From contig NC_087472.1 in assembly GCF_036321535.1 (NCBI RefSeq), positions 97,962,001-98,026,000 on the forward strand: a DNA stretch of 64,000 bases, read 5' to 3'. Made by a program: the position numbers and the translations under genes. Positions 52,802 through 64,000 of the stretch are shown here, one piece after another; position 1 is the stretch's first letter; every line of letters begins with the position of its first letter. Under the pieces are notes generated by a model. The model was given only the letters and a program-made list of their open reading frames with translations, had not been told where the DNA came from and made no database searches. Source of the stretch: Camelus dromedarius (Eukaryota).

Positions 52802-54153
52802 CTGTGACTATATTTGTGTGCTTATTTTAGATACCTGACCCAGTACTGACCCAAAAGGAAGTCTCCTTAATTGAACTGTGTTAATCTTATCCTTTTCAAG
52901 AAATTCATCTAAAAACGTCAAGTGTCTTCAATACACCCACCAACTTTGCTGGATGCTACGGAGATAAATAAGAAGTGTAAGAATTCAGAAGATTAGCTAC
53001 AGAGAAAAAACTAAAAGTCTTCACCATTTTGGTAACAATTAAATATTCAACTGCATGGTAATGAAGGTAAGGGCAAAGGAGTTGGAGGTTTTTTGCTTTT
53101 TATTTTATTTTTTTAATGAGAAATGGAATCTTTGAGGAAGTTTGTGGAAGATGTGGAGGAGGTAGAATCAGGCATGGATCCTGAACGGTAAAGATGGAAG
53201 TGAATAGTCTGAGGAGGAGAAGTAGGAAGGGGACCACTTTATAGGAGGAAAATCAAAAGCAAAACCACAGAGACAACAGTGAGCATGACACTGTGGTGGG
53301 GAAGTGAGAACACCTGCCAGGCTCAGGGTGAGTCCAGTGGAGCAATGGGAATTTAGAGCTGGTTAGGAAGAGTTGGATAAGATGGAGGAGAACTTTGAAA
53401 GGTGTTTGGCCTTGATGTGGTAGACACGTGGGAGCCACTGCAGTTCCTTCAGCAGGTCAGTAATGAAATAAAAGAGGTATTTCAGTAGCATGTAAGACAG
53501 ACACTGGTGGAAAGATGCCGAAGGCAGGAAAACATGCCATAAGGCTGTTGGGATAATCCAAAGGAGATGAGATGGAGGCCTAGTCAACAGATGACAAGAC
53601 AGGGTAACGGGAAGAAAGAGGGGTCAAATCTGAAGAGCATTTAAAAGGATGAAACATCTAGCTGTGGGGACACATGCCAGAAAAATGAGGAGAGATAAAT
53701 CATATAAGACCTAAGAATCCAGGTTTTATAAGCAAGAAGACCCAAAGACTGAGGGTGGGGGTGTGTTGACAGAAGTGAGATAACTAAAAAGGAAAGTCAT
53801 TTGTTGCTGACTCCAGCTCTGCTGATATCAGGGTGATACATGATCATTTATTTACTGTTGTCACATCAGCCTTAAGAAATAAAAGACCCCATACAGGTGA
53901 GAATCCTTAAACCAGAGTCAACCAAAGAAGACATGGAAAGGAATGAGCTTACTGAGAAATGAATGAAAAGACTTAGGAACAAAAGGTTGTACTGGTGAAA
54001 ACTTTTGTCTAGTTTTGAGCATATACAAACAGATATGCCCGTTGTGAGGTCACGCATCAGAACTTTCGTCGACCCATCCCAGACTTGTCTGAAAAGAAGG
54101 CCTACATATTTGTGACATAAACCAGTGCAATAACCGAATAACAAAGAACAACT

Positions 54154-54349
54154 GGGGAGAGGGTATAGCTCAATGGTAGAGCACATACTTAGCATGTACA
54201 AGGTCCTGGGTTCAATCCCCATTACCTCCATTAAAAAATAAATAAATAAATAAAAACCTAATTGCCTCCCTCCCATCCCCCCATAAAAAAGCCAAAAAAA
54301 AAAACAAAACAAAAAACCCCCTTCAAAAACAAACAAACAACAACAACAA
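54154..54349 (+). mobile_element. tRNA-derived SINE (Vic-1-like) in PHEX intron 20
   Basis: A box tagctcaatggtaga, B box ggttcaatcc and A-rich tail. TSD aaagaacaactgg at 54143-54155 and 54350-54362. Confidence 0.9.
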
Positions 54350-54949
54350 AAAGAACAACTGGCACTTGCCTCATTGGCCAGATACTCAGAACTGTGCCTT
54401 ATTGAGGGCACGTCTTCTTTGAATTTCTGCTCAGAGAGCCCATTAAACTCACAAGCAAGTGACATGACTCTCCTGGCCTTTGTTGTTGTTTTTAGCTCTA
54501 GTCGTCTTCACATGCGCATCTGGCAGTTGGGAACATAACCTTGAGGGTCCCCCACAGGTTGAGAGTGGTGGGATAGGTCAGCAAATGAGGCGAAGGAGGA
54601 GAAATGCAGGAAAGGGCAGGGCCAATAAAGCCAAGTCACTAGAAATGGTTATAAACAGTATCAAATACATTAAGAAGTCAGGATATATTAAAGAAATAAC
54701 AAGTGAGTTACCACAGGGTTGGTAACACACTTGATTAAAAAATACCAATAAACCTTGATTCAATCAGTTAACCGATTATGTTCCAAAGAACATTAAGAAG
54801 GTGACATTTATCCTGAAAATAAGCAGCAAGGTAAAATTTCCACTGAAATCAAAGTTGTGCCATTAAACTCTGGTTCTAAACCTTTGATCTAGGGAGCAAG
54901 CCAAAGTCTCACATTTCATCTTTGACATTCCTTCCTTGGTCTTACTCAC

Positions 54950-55054
54950 TTGAGCGTAACTCAGGAAGAAGAGCTGGTTGTTGGTGAATTCGATGCCGGG
55001 TAGGAGAGGCTCTTCAACTCCTTGCCTCTTGTCATTTATCCATTTCCTATAAGC
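54950..55054 (-). CDS. PHEX: PHEX coding exon 20 (105 bp), [35 protein letters not shown]
   Basis: Lies inside ORF 54863..55204. Acceptor cttaccag|, donor |gtgagt, phase 0 at both ends. Confidence 0.97.
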
Positions 55055-56037
55055 CTGGTAAGAGAAGAATAGACGGTCCTCTGGCAATAATAATGGCTTT
55101 TCTCTTTTCTCATCCATTGCAGAGATATTAAATATATCCTCCCCCATGTGCAAAATGCATACTGTCACATTTTCCTTTAAGAAAACAAACACCTGGAAAT
55201 GCAAGTCAATGCTGTATTGCTTAACATGGAGGCAGGTTCACTTGCAAAAAGACCTTTCAGTCAACAGATAGCAAAGCAGCTGGCCAAAGTGGTCACATGT
55301 TAAATAACTCCCCCTCCCCTCAAAAAGCTGTTCTTTCTATGCCTGCCAGGGAACAGACAAATTTAACACAATGGCAAGCCCTATGGAAATAAATTCGGGG
55401 GCCAATCTGTTGACAACTTTTTATTTTGCCAAGTAAGAGGGAAAACTGTGATCTTCGATCATAATCATTTTATAAAATAAAGTATATTTTAGGTAGAATA
55501 GAGGAAGATAACCTGAGGATAACAGCTTAGTCTTCATATTGAATGCACCTAGCTTTATGAAAATCTTTCTCAATCATCCTTATACGTCTTGCTTAAGCAT
55601 GGACCACTGGATGATGAAAACATTATTATGGACTCTTACCTGGCCCACTGTATGAGAACTACTTGCCTCTGGCCATAATTAAGAAGTTTGATATTTTAAG
55701 AGAAAATTATACAGAGGGCTATAGAGAGTGTACTCAAAGAAACTCCTATAAACCTAGCCCCAAGGGGATTCTGTAGCATGTTTTAATGTTATTGTGAATG
55801 TATCTTCTGAAAACTATCTTTTAAATACATGATTCCTAATAACAAATATTATTCCTTCGGGTGACTTTACACCCCAAAAAGAAAAAAGGGAGAAATGCAG
55901 CCGTATTCATATAATAGACTATAATAGAGTCAATGGGGAAGTATAAATCAATTTACAGAAATTCACAGTTTACAGAAATCTAACTCCTCAAGAAAATGTC
56001 TGTGGTGTAAACTGAGGAGCACTCATATGGTATTTTA

Positions 56038-56145
<108 letters not shown>

Positions 56146-56774
56146 CTAACAAAAAGAAAAAGATAAAAAAAAGTGTTTCACAGCCAACTATCATTCAGCA
56201 AGAGGCATAAATATGATAGCAAGAAAAAAAGCCATATTTTAAAGAGGAAATTGCATTCAATAAATCAGAGGTAATCATAGAATATACTGTGAGATGGCAA
56301 ACTAACCCCAGAAAGGTGCTCCTGAATATCATTTCTATTTTATTATGCTACACATTTCCTTCTCACCCACTTCTCTATTCTCACCAATTTAGCCAACTCT
56401 AACAAAATGTTAACAGTATTCTGAGTGACTCTGGTTTAATGAGGAAAACATAGAAATGTCAACATACAGATTACTTTCTCTAATTAACTCACATAATTTG
56501 AGTATTCTTTTCAGTAGGCTTGTGTTTCCCAAAATCTACCACCCACACTGGACCAAAGTTTTAAGACCAACTATTACCATTTTACCTTCAGCAATTTCCA
56601 TGAAATATTAAAGAGAGGTCCTCATGGGGAATCAAAATCAAATAGAAGTAGTGCAGACCACAAGGTCAAGGTCTGCAGTATGTGTGACAAAGAGCCAAGT
56701 ATGAAGAAATTCTTCCAAACATCTGAAGATTGTTTCTTAAACCCTTAAATAGGCGAGGACAAAAATATTCTAAA

Positions 56775-57106
56775 CCAAAATGACCCAGAAGCCAAAATCC
56801 AACCTGCTGCTTATTTTTGTACAGGCTGCAAGGTAAGACTAGATTTTATATTTTTCAATGGTTGCGGATAAAACATAAAGAAGTGTTAACATCTTGTGGC
56901 ATGTGAAAATTATATGAAGTTCAAATTTCAGTGTCCATAATTCAAGATTTATTGGAACACAGGCACGTTAATTCAAGTGCATGTTGTCAGCGGCTGTTTT
57001 CCCACTACGGTGGCAGGGCTGAGCAGCTGGAACAGAGACTTTACAGCCCACAAAACCTAAATTATTTACTATCTGGCCCTTTACAGAAAAAGTCTGCCAA
57101 CCCCTG
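56775..57106 (-). mobile_element. MER58B-like hAT element
   Basis: Ends tatttactatctggccctttacagaaaaagtctgccaacccctg. Confidence 0.7.
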
Positions 57107-57109
57107 CAC

Positions 57110-57599
57110 TGGAGACAATATAATGTTCTATAATAATAAAGATGTCTATGTCCCAATCCCTGGAACCTGTGGAAATATCACCATATGTGGCAAAAGGGAC
57201 TTTTAAACTATGATTAAATTAAGAATCTTGAAATGCAGACATTAGCCAACATTATCCAAGTGAGTCTAATGTAATTACAAGGGTCTGTATAAATAGAGGG
57301 AAAGAAAGCCAGGAGAGTGAATGTGTCAGTGATGCAATGTGAGGCAACCCAACTGGTCATGGCTGGCTTTGAAGAAAGAAGGGGCCAGGAGTCAAGGAAT
57401 GTGGGTAGCCTCTAAAAGCTGTAAAAATAAAAGACAAGGAAACAGAGTCCCCCCTCTAGAGTAGCTAGGAAGGGAAACAGTCCTGCTGACACCTTGATTT
57501 TAGCCCACTGATACCTGAAATATAGAACTGTAAAATAATAAATTTGTATTGTTTCAAGTTTGTAGTGATTTGTTATAGCAGCAAAAGCAAACCAATACA
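57110..57599 (+). mobile_element. MaLR solo LTR (MLT1D-like)
   Basis: Collinear with 15984-16476; ctgctgacaccttgattttagccc and terminal aataca. Confidence 0.8.
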
Positions 57600-57867
57600 C
57601 ACTGTTCTAAACTTTCAACCCATGGATCCTACCAATCCTTCATTCTCAAGCTAGCCCAAACACCCCAGGTACCAAGCAATACCAATGAATAAAAACAGTC
57701 TTCAAAAACATTAACCTCCGTAATCACCCAGGATCCTCCCAGCTTTGGTCCCTAAAAGTTACCACTCTGGCTTTACACACATTCTTTTCTTCTACTACAA
57801 TCCTAGAGGTAAGTACTATTATCACCATCCTTACTTAACAAATGAGGAATCTAAAACACAGAGTATG

Positions 57868-58252
57868 TGTTGCAGATGTCACTGGTGCTGTACCAGATCC
57901 CGTTTTCTACCAGGACTGTGCACCCATTCCTGCACCTCTCCTGCTTCCAGAAGATTAGGCTTAGCTTAGGGGACTCCTCTCACCTGGAGACTACTGGGAG
58001 GTGATATGCCACCTCTCAGTAACTGGCTGATGTGCAGTCAGAATAGCTCAGCCCCTTATTTCAGGCTGAATAATTTCTGTGGTGCAACTGATGCTCCAGA
58101 ATCCTCTGTGGGATCAGACTGAGGCTAAACTTCTGAAACCAATTATGTTTTCCTCACCACCTTACAGGTTTCTCCTGAAACTACTTGTGCAATAAATCAT
58201 TTATCTAAGAAACCCTTTTTGAGCTCTGCTTCTAATGGACTTGACCTAAGAG
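57868..58252 (+). mobile_element. ERVL LTR (LTR16-like)
   Basis: tgttgcagatgtcactggtgctgt start; aataaatcatttat...ctctgcttct...gacctaag end. Confidence 0.55.
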
Positions 58253-59822
58253 TAATTAAGTGAATTGCCCACATTTCACAGGGATTCAAACCCAAGCAGT
58301 CTCTCTTCAGAGCCTCTGCTTCATAATACGCTACCTTCTCAAGTCTTACCTCCTCTTGACTAGAGTACTTCTGTTTATAAACACTCATGCCCATATGTAA
58401 TCTTCTTTGTTCCTCTAAGTCTTATCTAAATTAGAAGTTCAGGGAATAGCCTCACCCCTGTGAGGCTCCTCCCACTGTGGACCACCTCAGTAGACTATAC
58501 AGCCCTAGTTCTGCCTCTCAGGACTCAACAGCTGCTAACAGTTTGTTCCTGGAGTGCTCCATCAGAGCTCCCCCTAGTTCAGAGCAGAGGATTCAGGCAC
58601 AGAGGACTGGCCTCCACGAATGGAGCCAGAAAAATAAAGCATGGCCCTTCATATCCACAATGGAAGCCACCCCTTCTCCTCAGAGAATGAGACTGAAGCT
58701 GTTTTCTGGCGGCTGAGTGGATTTATGCTGAGACAGGCATGTCCTTTCTATCGTCCTTGTTGCAAAGGTACACATTTGTCAGAATTCAGTTTCAGTCTCT
58801 GACACTTTGACCAAAATGGATGTTGTAGAATAGTCCCCTCAACACATCACCCAGGTATAAAATGAACTGAATATATGAGAACAAGAGCATGATATGGGGG
58901 GAAGAGTAGGGATTTTGGAGTCATATCAATCTAAACTCTAATGTAGATTCTACCATGGGTTTTAATCTCTTTGAGCCTCAGTTTCCTCATGTGTGAAACA
59001 GGCTGGTAATATGTACACCTCTCAGAACCAGTATGAGAATTGTTTGTTTCAATTAAGTGTAAAGTGCAACTCCCATGGCTGCATATAATAATCACCAGGA
59101 AAAATGCATTCCCTTCCTCCAAGAAAACTGCTCTTCTACTGTTTTTTTCTTTTTTTCACCCCCTACTGTTTTGTTCTCCCCTGGGATGGCATGCCTATGA
59201 GTATGTGATGAAGTATTAGGAATATTAACTACAATTTATGGAGCACTTACTGCATATAAAGCATCATGCTGGTGATTTACATTATCTCAGTCATTTAATT
59301 CTTACAAGTTAGTGAGTTCAGAAATAGTTACCCATTTCATAGATGAAGACTCTGAGATGCAGGAATGTTAAGGAACTTGCCCAAGTTCAAAAAAACTTGC
59401 CACCTGCAATTGGCCGAACCGAATTTTGGACCTGTGTCTGACTCTACAACCCCTCCCCATGCTTTTCTTGAAGCAACATATATTCTAGATGGATTTTCAC
59501 AATGTGATAACCCCTGAAATGAAAACAGATACACAGAAGGGCCCATTTTAGCTCTTCCCATGACACAGTAGTAGATATTTTTAAAAATATGGGCAGAGAA
59601 ATATGGGCTTTCCAGGACACTGATGAAGGAGCCAGAAGTACCCTTCAAGGATACAGACTTTGGTTTCTCCTCCTGGATAAGGAGTGGTCTCCCTTGTGCT
59701 GTGTATGATTTAAGAACCAGGAGAACCGACTCAGTGTTTATAAACATTCTCTTTAAAAGCACATGGATTTTTACCTGAATTCTGGAATGCTGAAATAAAC
59801 CCTACTATGATAGACTTGAGGC

Positions 59823-59960
59823 GGGGGAATGTATAGCTCAGTGGTGGACTGCATGCTTAGCATGCACGAAGTCCTGGGTTCAATCCCCAGTACCTCCATC
59901 TAAATAAATAAATAAGTAAGTAAAAAACCTACTTACCTCCCCTACCCCACCCCACCAAAA
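59823..59960 (+). mobile_element. tRNA-derived SINE (Vic-1-like) in PHEX intron 18
   Basis: gtatagctcagtggtgga...gtcctgggttcaatccccagtacctcc. TSD at(a/g)gacttgaggc at 59810-59822 and 59961-59973. Confidence 0.9.
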
Positions 59961-61295
59961 ATGGACTTGAGGCACAGCAAAGTTTCGGGTGCCTTCCCAG
60001 CACCAGTAAGTTATCAGGATGGAGTACATGCCTGGCTAAAGGACCAAGAGGCTCTGGGAAAACCACATGAAGGTATACTGGTCTACTCCAGTTCTTTGTG
60101 GTGCCCTGCTTCTCTTACGTGCTGTGCCCTGAAATTTATCCCAGTTTATATGAGATTCTACCATTTGACAAACATCTAATTCAGTAAGGAAAAAATGCCT
60201 TGTAATCATGACTAAAGTGATGCTGGATCAACTGACTATCCTCTTGGAAGAAAATAAAAGTGAACTCTCATATTAAACTCCACAGCCAAATAAGTTTCAC
60301 ATGCATGAATATTTAAATGCAAAATAACCAAACAACAAAAACCTTCCCAGAAAAGCTAGGAGACTACATATATGATAGAGAATGGAAATGCAGAAACTTT
60401 TTTTTTAAAGAGATAGGTATCTTTGACCACATGGAAATATTTAAATTTTGTATGTCAAAAGATACCATATACAAAGTCTAAAGGATGAGAAATATATTGG
60501 GGGGAAAATACTATAATGTGAATAACAGACAAAATTATAACATCTATAGTATTTTTTAAAGTTCTCATAAATTGACAAGAAAATAACTCAATACATAAAT
60601 GCTCTTTCATACATCACTGGTGGGAATATGAAATATTACAACTTGTTAGTGACAGTAGGAATCTATCGTACAGGGGAAAAAAAGAATATGTACATAATAA
60701 GAGTGTTCGGTCCAGCAGCATTTATTGTGAAGAAATAATTGGAGACAGAGCATAGCCCCTCAACAAGAGGGTAGATGAATATGTTACAGGACACTCACAC
60801 TTTTTTTCAGTGGACTTTTAGGCAGCCACTGAAGACAATGAAACAAGGTGTGGGGGTGTGTGTGTATCTCTATGTGAGCATGGGGAAAAGTGTATCAGGG
60901 TTACTGAGAGGGATTATAGGTAGGGACGTTAATAGCGATGAGAGGGAAAGGGGAAGGAGATGAAGGTAAAGACAAAAAAGAAAGGAACAACATTTCACAC
61001 AACAAGCAAGTATATAATTGTATTTGTGCCTTTATAAAAATGTATATATGTATATATACTAGAAAAGCAACATTTTAAAAGTCATTACTTTTGTTCAAAC
61101 TTCTCTAAGAACTCTTAACCAATTCAGAGTCATTAGTTCAAATTAGTGAGTTTTTATTTCAATTAATTAAACCTAAGCAGCAGTCTGGAAGGAAATCTTT
61201 TTAATGATATGGAGATTTGTAAGAATTTTACTGCTTATCTTTGCTACAGAATTTTCTACATTAGTCTAAATCTAGGAGAACAGACTAAAGTTTAG

Positions 61296-61500
61296 GCCTG
61301 TGATTCCCAAACTTCAGCTTATATCAGAATCATCTGAGGGCTCATGGAACGACAGACTGCCAGACTACCTGGCCCCACCCCCTGAGATTCTGAGTCAGTA
61401 GGTCTGGAGTAAGTAAGACTAAAGAATCTGCATTTCTAACAAGTCCCCTAGGGAGGCTGATGCTGTTGGCCTGGGAACCACATGTTGAGAACCAATGGTC
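61296..61500. mobile_element. MER5A-like hAT MITE about 70 bp from the exon 18 donor
   Basis: atcagaatcatctg...gattctgagtcagtaggtctgg...aatctgcatttctaacaagtcccc. Confidence 0.8.
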
Positions 61501-61570
61501 TAAAGCAAGCTCAGGTCCACATGAAGAAAGATGACTCACAAGATGCCCCCTTTACCATACTTGTACTCAC

Positions 61571-61701
61571 ATTTAAGCCAGCTTTCTTCCAATAATAGTT
61601 GCTATACTGGGTAATCATGCACTTTGTTTTTTCCTTAAACTTTTCTTCTGAGTCAACAGACCACCAAGGATCCAGGTTTCCATTTTTATCATATTTTCTA
61701 C
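61571..61701 (-). CDS. PHEX: PHEX coding exon 18 (131 bp), (G)[43 protein letters not shown]
   Basis: Translation matches the PHEX M13 peptidase as recalled. Acceptor ttaccag| and donor |gtgagt are present. The 131 bp length equals human exon 18 (c.1769-1899). Confidence 0.97.
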
Positions 61702-63259
61702 CTGGTAACAAGGAAAGTTAAAAGATAATTCGTATTAGTTGTGGAAACAAATTAATTTCTTCCTCTTTCCTTTGACAAGCTCTCTTCGACAAGCCTTGCA
61801 AAAGCAGTCCCAGCAGCAGGGACCAGGCCTGGAAGGAGCTCAGCCTTCTCTCCCGTGTCACAGGTTAACTGCAAAAAGTGAGGAAAGAAGAAAGAGGTCT
61901 GAGGAAGTTCTTTCCTTCTAAGCACCAAAGAAGATTTTAGAAATAAGATTTATCAATTTATGGCATGTACCATTCTTAACCAATCTTGGATCCTTTTTTC
62001 TCACCTGCCCTGATCCAAAATGTTCTCTAACTATGAATGAAATGGCCTCATTCAGAAAGTCCATGGAGCAAGTCAGAGCGCCACTACCACTGAAATTCCA
62101 AACACCCAGAGGAACAGCCCCGGTGAGTCACTCGCACCCTGTGACCACAGCCCCTGACTCAGCCCTAAAGGAACGTGTTTCCTCCAAGTTGCCAGGAGCC
62201 AAGAGACACATAAAACCTCTCTTATGAATCACTCCACAGCCACTAGTGTAGATGGAAGGCCCAGATGTCCTGCTTTGACAAGGAAGGTTGCTTTAAAAAG
62301 AGAACTTGGAACACGAATGGAAATCTCCAAAACACAATGGGAAAAAAGACTAGTCACACATGCTTTTTGCTATGGGCTCTCTCTTCATTTCCTCTACATC
62401 CTTCCAAAAAAAGGTTTGGGTGTATCTGGTGTATAGACCATCTTCTATACTCAAGGTCACTATAGGTTTAAATTTAATTATGCAGAGAGCTATTCATTGG
62501 GCTTAGAAAAAAGTCCCCGAAGCAAAGGTGTTAAGTGAAACAATCCAACACTCTTCAGAAAAGCTGGATGCCACCCACCCTCCCCGAGAGCGCACAGAGT
62601 CACTGTTCTCTACCCACTAACCAATCATTGAACAGTTACTACTGGCCATGTACTTATATGTGTAATGCAGTGTTCTAAGTATTGGTTACAGAATGAAATG
62701 CCATCTTCAGATTCTGTCCTTCAAGAGAGAATCCAGAAGCCTTCCAAAAGATTCTGAGGGAAAACTAAACTTAAATTTCCCAGGAAAAAAGTCCCAGAAC
62801 CAAGAGACCACTACCGGCTTTTGTTTTGTAGCTAAGACTCTCCTCTCAGATAATACAAACATGCAAAGACAGAAAGTATAGCTCTGGGGAGTCAGGTGAC
62901 TACAAGGCAGCTACATTTCAAGCTGGGACAGGAGACCAGGGGAGCAAAAATCCTAGATGATTACGGAAAGGCTTGTGTGAGTACAGGAAGAATCACTCAG
63001 AAGGAGAGGAACCAAAAGAGTCTCTGGTCGTGTTGTAGGCATCCAGGAAAGGATGCTGGAGACATCACAGACATGAAAGAAAAAGGTCCCTCTAGACAAC
63101 GTTGCCTTGGGCCAAGGGGTTCATTGAGTCTGCCTGTAAGTCACTTTGTGGATGTGGATGTGATTGTAATTTGCTGCTAATTCATAAGTCTCAGAGATTT
63201 CATGTAGCTTTCCAATGATACTCAAGAGTTAAAGGAAAAAGGAGTGTTGATTAAAAATG

Positions 63260-64000
63260 ATGACTCTACCATATGATCCAACAATTCCACTCCTGCGCAT
63301 ACAACTGGAGAAAATTTTAACTGGAAAAGACACATGCACCCCAATCTTCATAGCAGCACTGTTTACAATAGCCAAGACATGGAAGCAACCTAAATGTCCA
63401 TCGACAGATGATTGATAAAGAAGATGGGGTATGGGGGGAGGGTATAGCTAAGTGGTAGAGGACATGCCTAACATGCACGAGGTCCTGGGTTCAATCCCTC
63501 CATTAAAATAACTAAATCAATGAATAAACCTAATTACCTGCCCCCACAAAAACGAAGCCATAATAAGAAGATGGGGTATATATACACAATGGAATACTAC
63601 TCAGTCATAAAAAAGAATGACATAATGCCATTTCCAGCAACAGGATGGACTTAGGGATTATCATACTAAGTGAAGGAAGTCAGCCAGAGAAAGACAAATA
63701 TCCTATGACATCATTTGTATGTGGAATCCAAACAAACAATGCAAATGAATTTATTTACAAACCAGAAAGAGACTCACAGGCATAGAAAACAAATTTATGG
63801 TTACCAAAGGGGAAAGGCAGGGGGAGGGATAAATTAGGGGTTTGGGATTATCAGTTATTTACCACCATATATAAAATAGATAAACAACAAGGTCTTAATG
63901 TATAGCACAGGGAACTACATTCAATATCCTGTAATAACCTATGATGAAAAAGAATTTTAAAAGAATATATATATGTATAACTGAATCACTATACTGTACA
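63260..64000 (+). mobile_element. L1 3' end running off the window, interrupted by a SINE
   Basis: ctaccatatgatccaacaattccactcctg...gacacatgcaccccaat...gtggaatc, then 3'UTR. Confidence 0.9.
63433..63564 (+). mobile_element. Vic-1-like SINE nested in L1
   Basis: Perfect 15-bp TSD aagaagatggggtat at 63418-63432 and 63565-63579. Confidence 0.9.

Noticed and set aside
54154..54230. tRNA-like sequence with A and B boxes (also at 19540, 59823 and 63433)
   Set aside because: Each has a SINE tail and TSD and a degenerate cloverleaf, so these are SINE heads and not tRNA genes.
53872..54465. 197-aa minus-strand ORF in PHEX intron 20
   Set aside because: It reads through an antisense SINE and its low-complexity A tail, with no protein homology.
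61702..64000. PHEX exon 17 (HEFTH zinc motif)
   Set aside because: Searched for and not found; it presumably lies beyond the window end.

Overview
Mammalian genomic DNA, very likely a camelid X chromosome. The lineage is inferred from four tRNA-derived SINEs resembling camelid Vic-1, and the X location from PHEX/CBLL2 synteny. The minus strand carries the last five coding exons of PHEX (exons 18-22, all GT-AG, reading frame intact, stop at 47945-47947) and its 3'UTR. About 20 kb downstream on the same strand is an intronless CBLL1/Hakai retrocopy matching CBLL2/ZNF645 (~26304-27740), disabled here by at least 3 internal stops and several frameshifts. The rest is mostly interspersed repeats: L1 (including nested and twin-primed insertions with readable target-site duplications), L2, MIR, MaLR/ERVL LTRs and hAT elements. 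The most unexpected signal is a 59-codon plus-strand ORF (28947-29126), just below the ORF-track cutoff. It encodes a signal-peptide-like N-terminus, an N-glycosylation sequon and a Pro/Thr-rich tail, and lies head-to-head with the CBLL2 5' region. I cannot support a claim of a new multi-gene system. Comparisons with human sequences and repeat-family names are from memory, and repeat boundaries are approximate.
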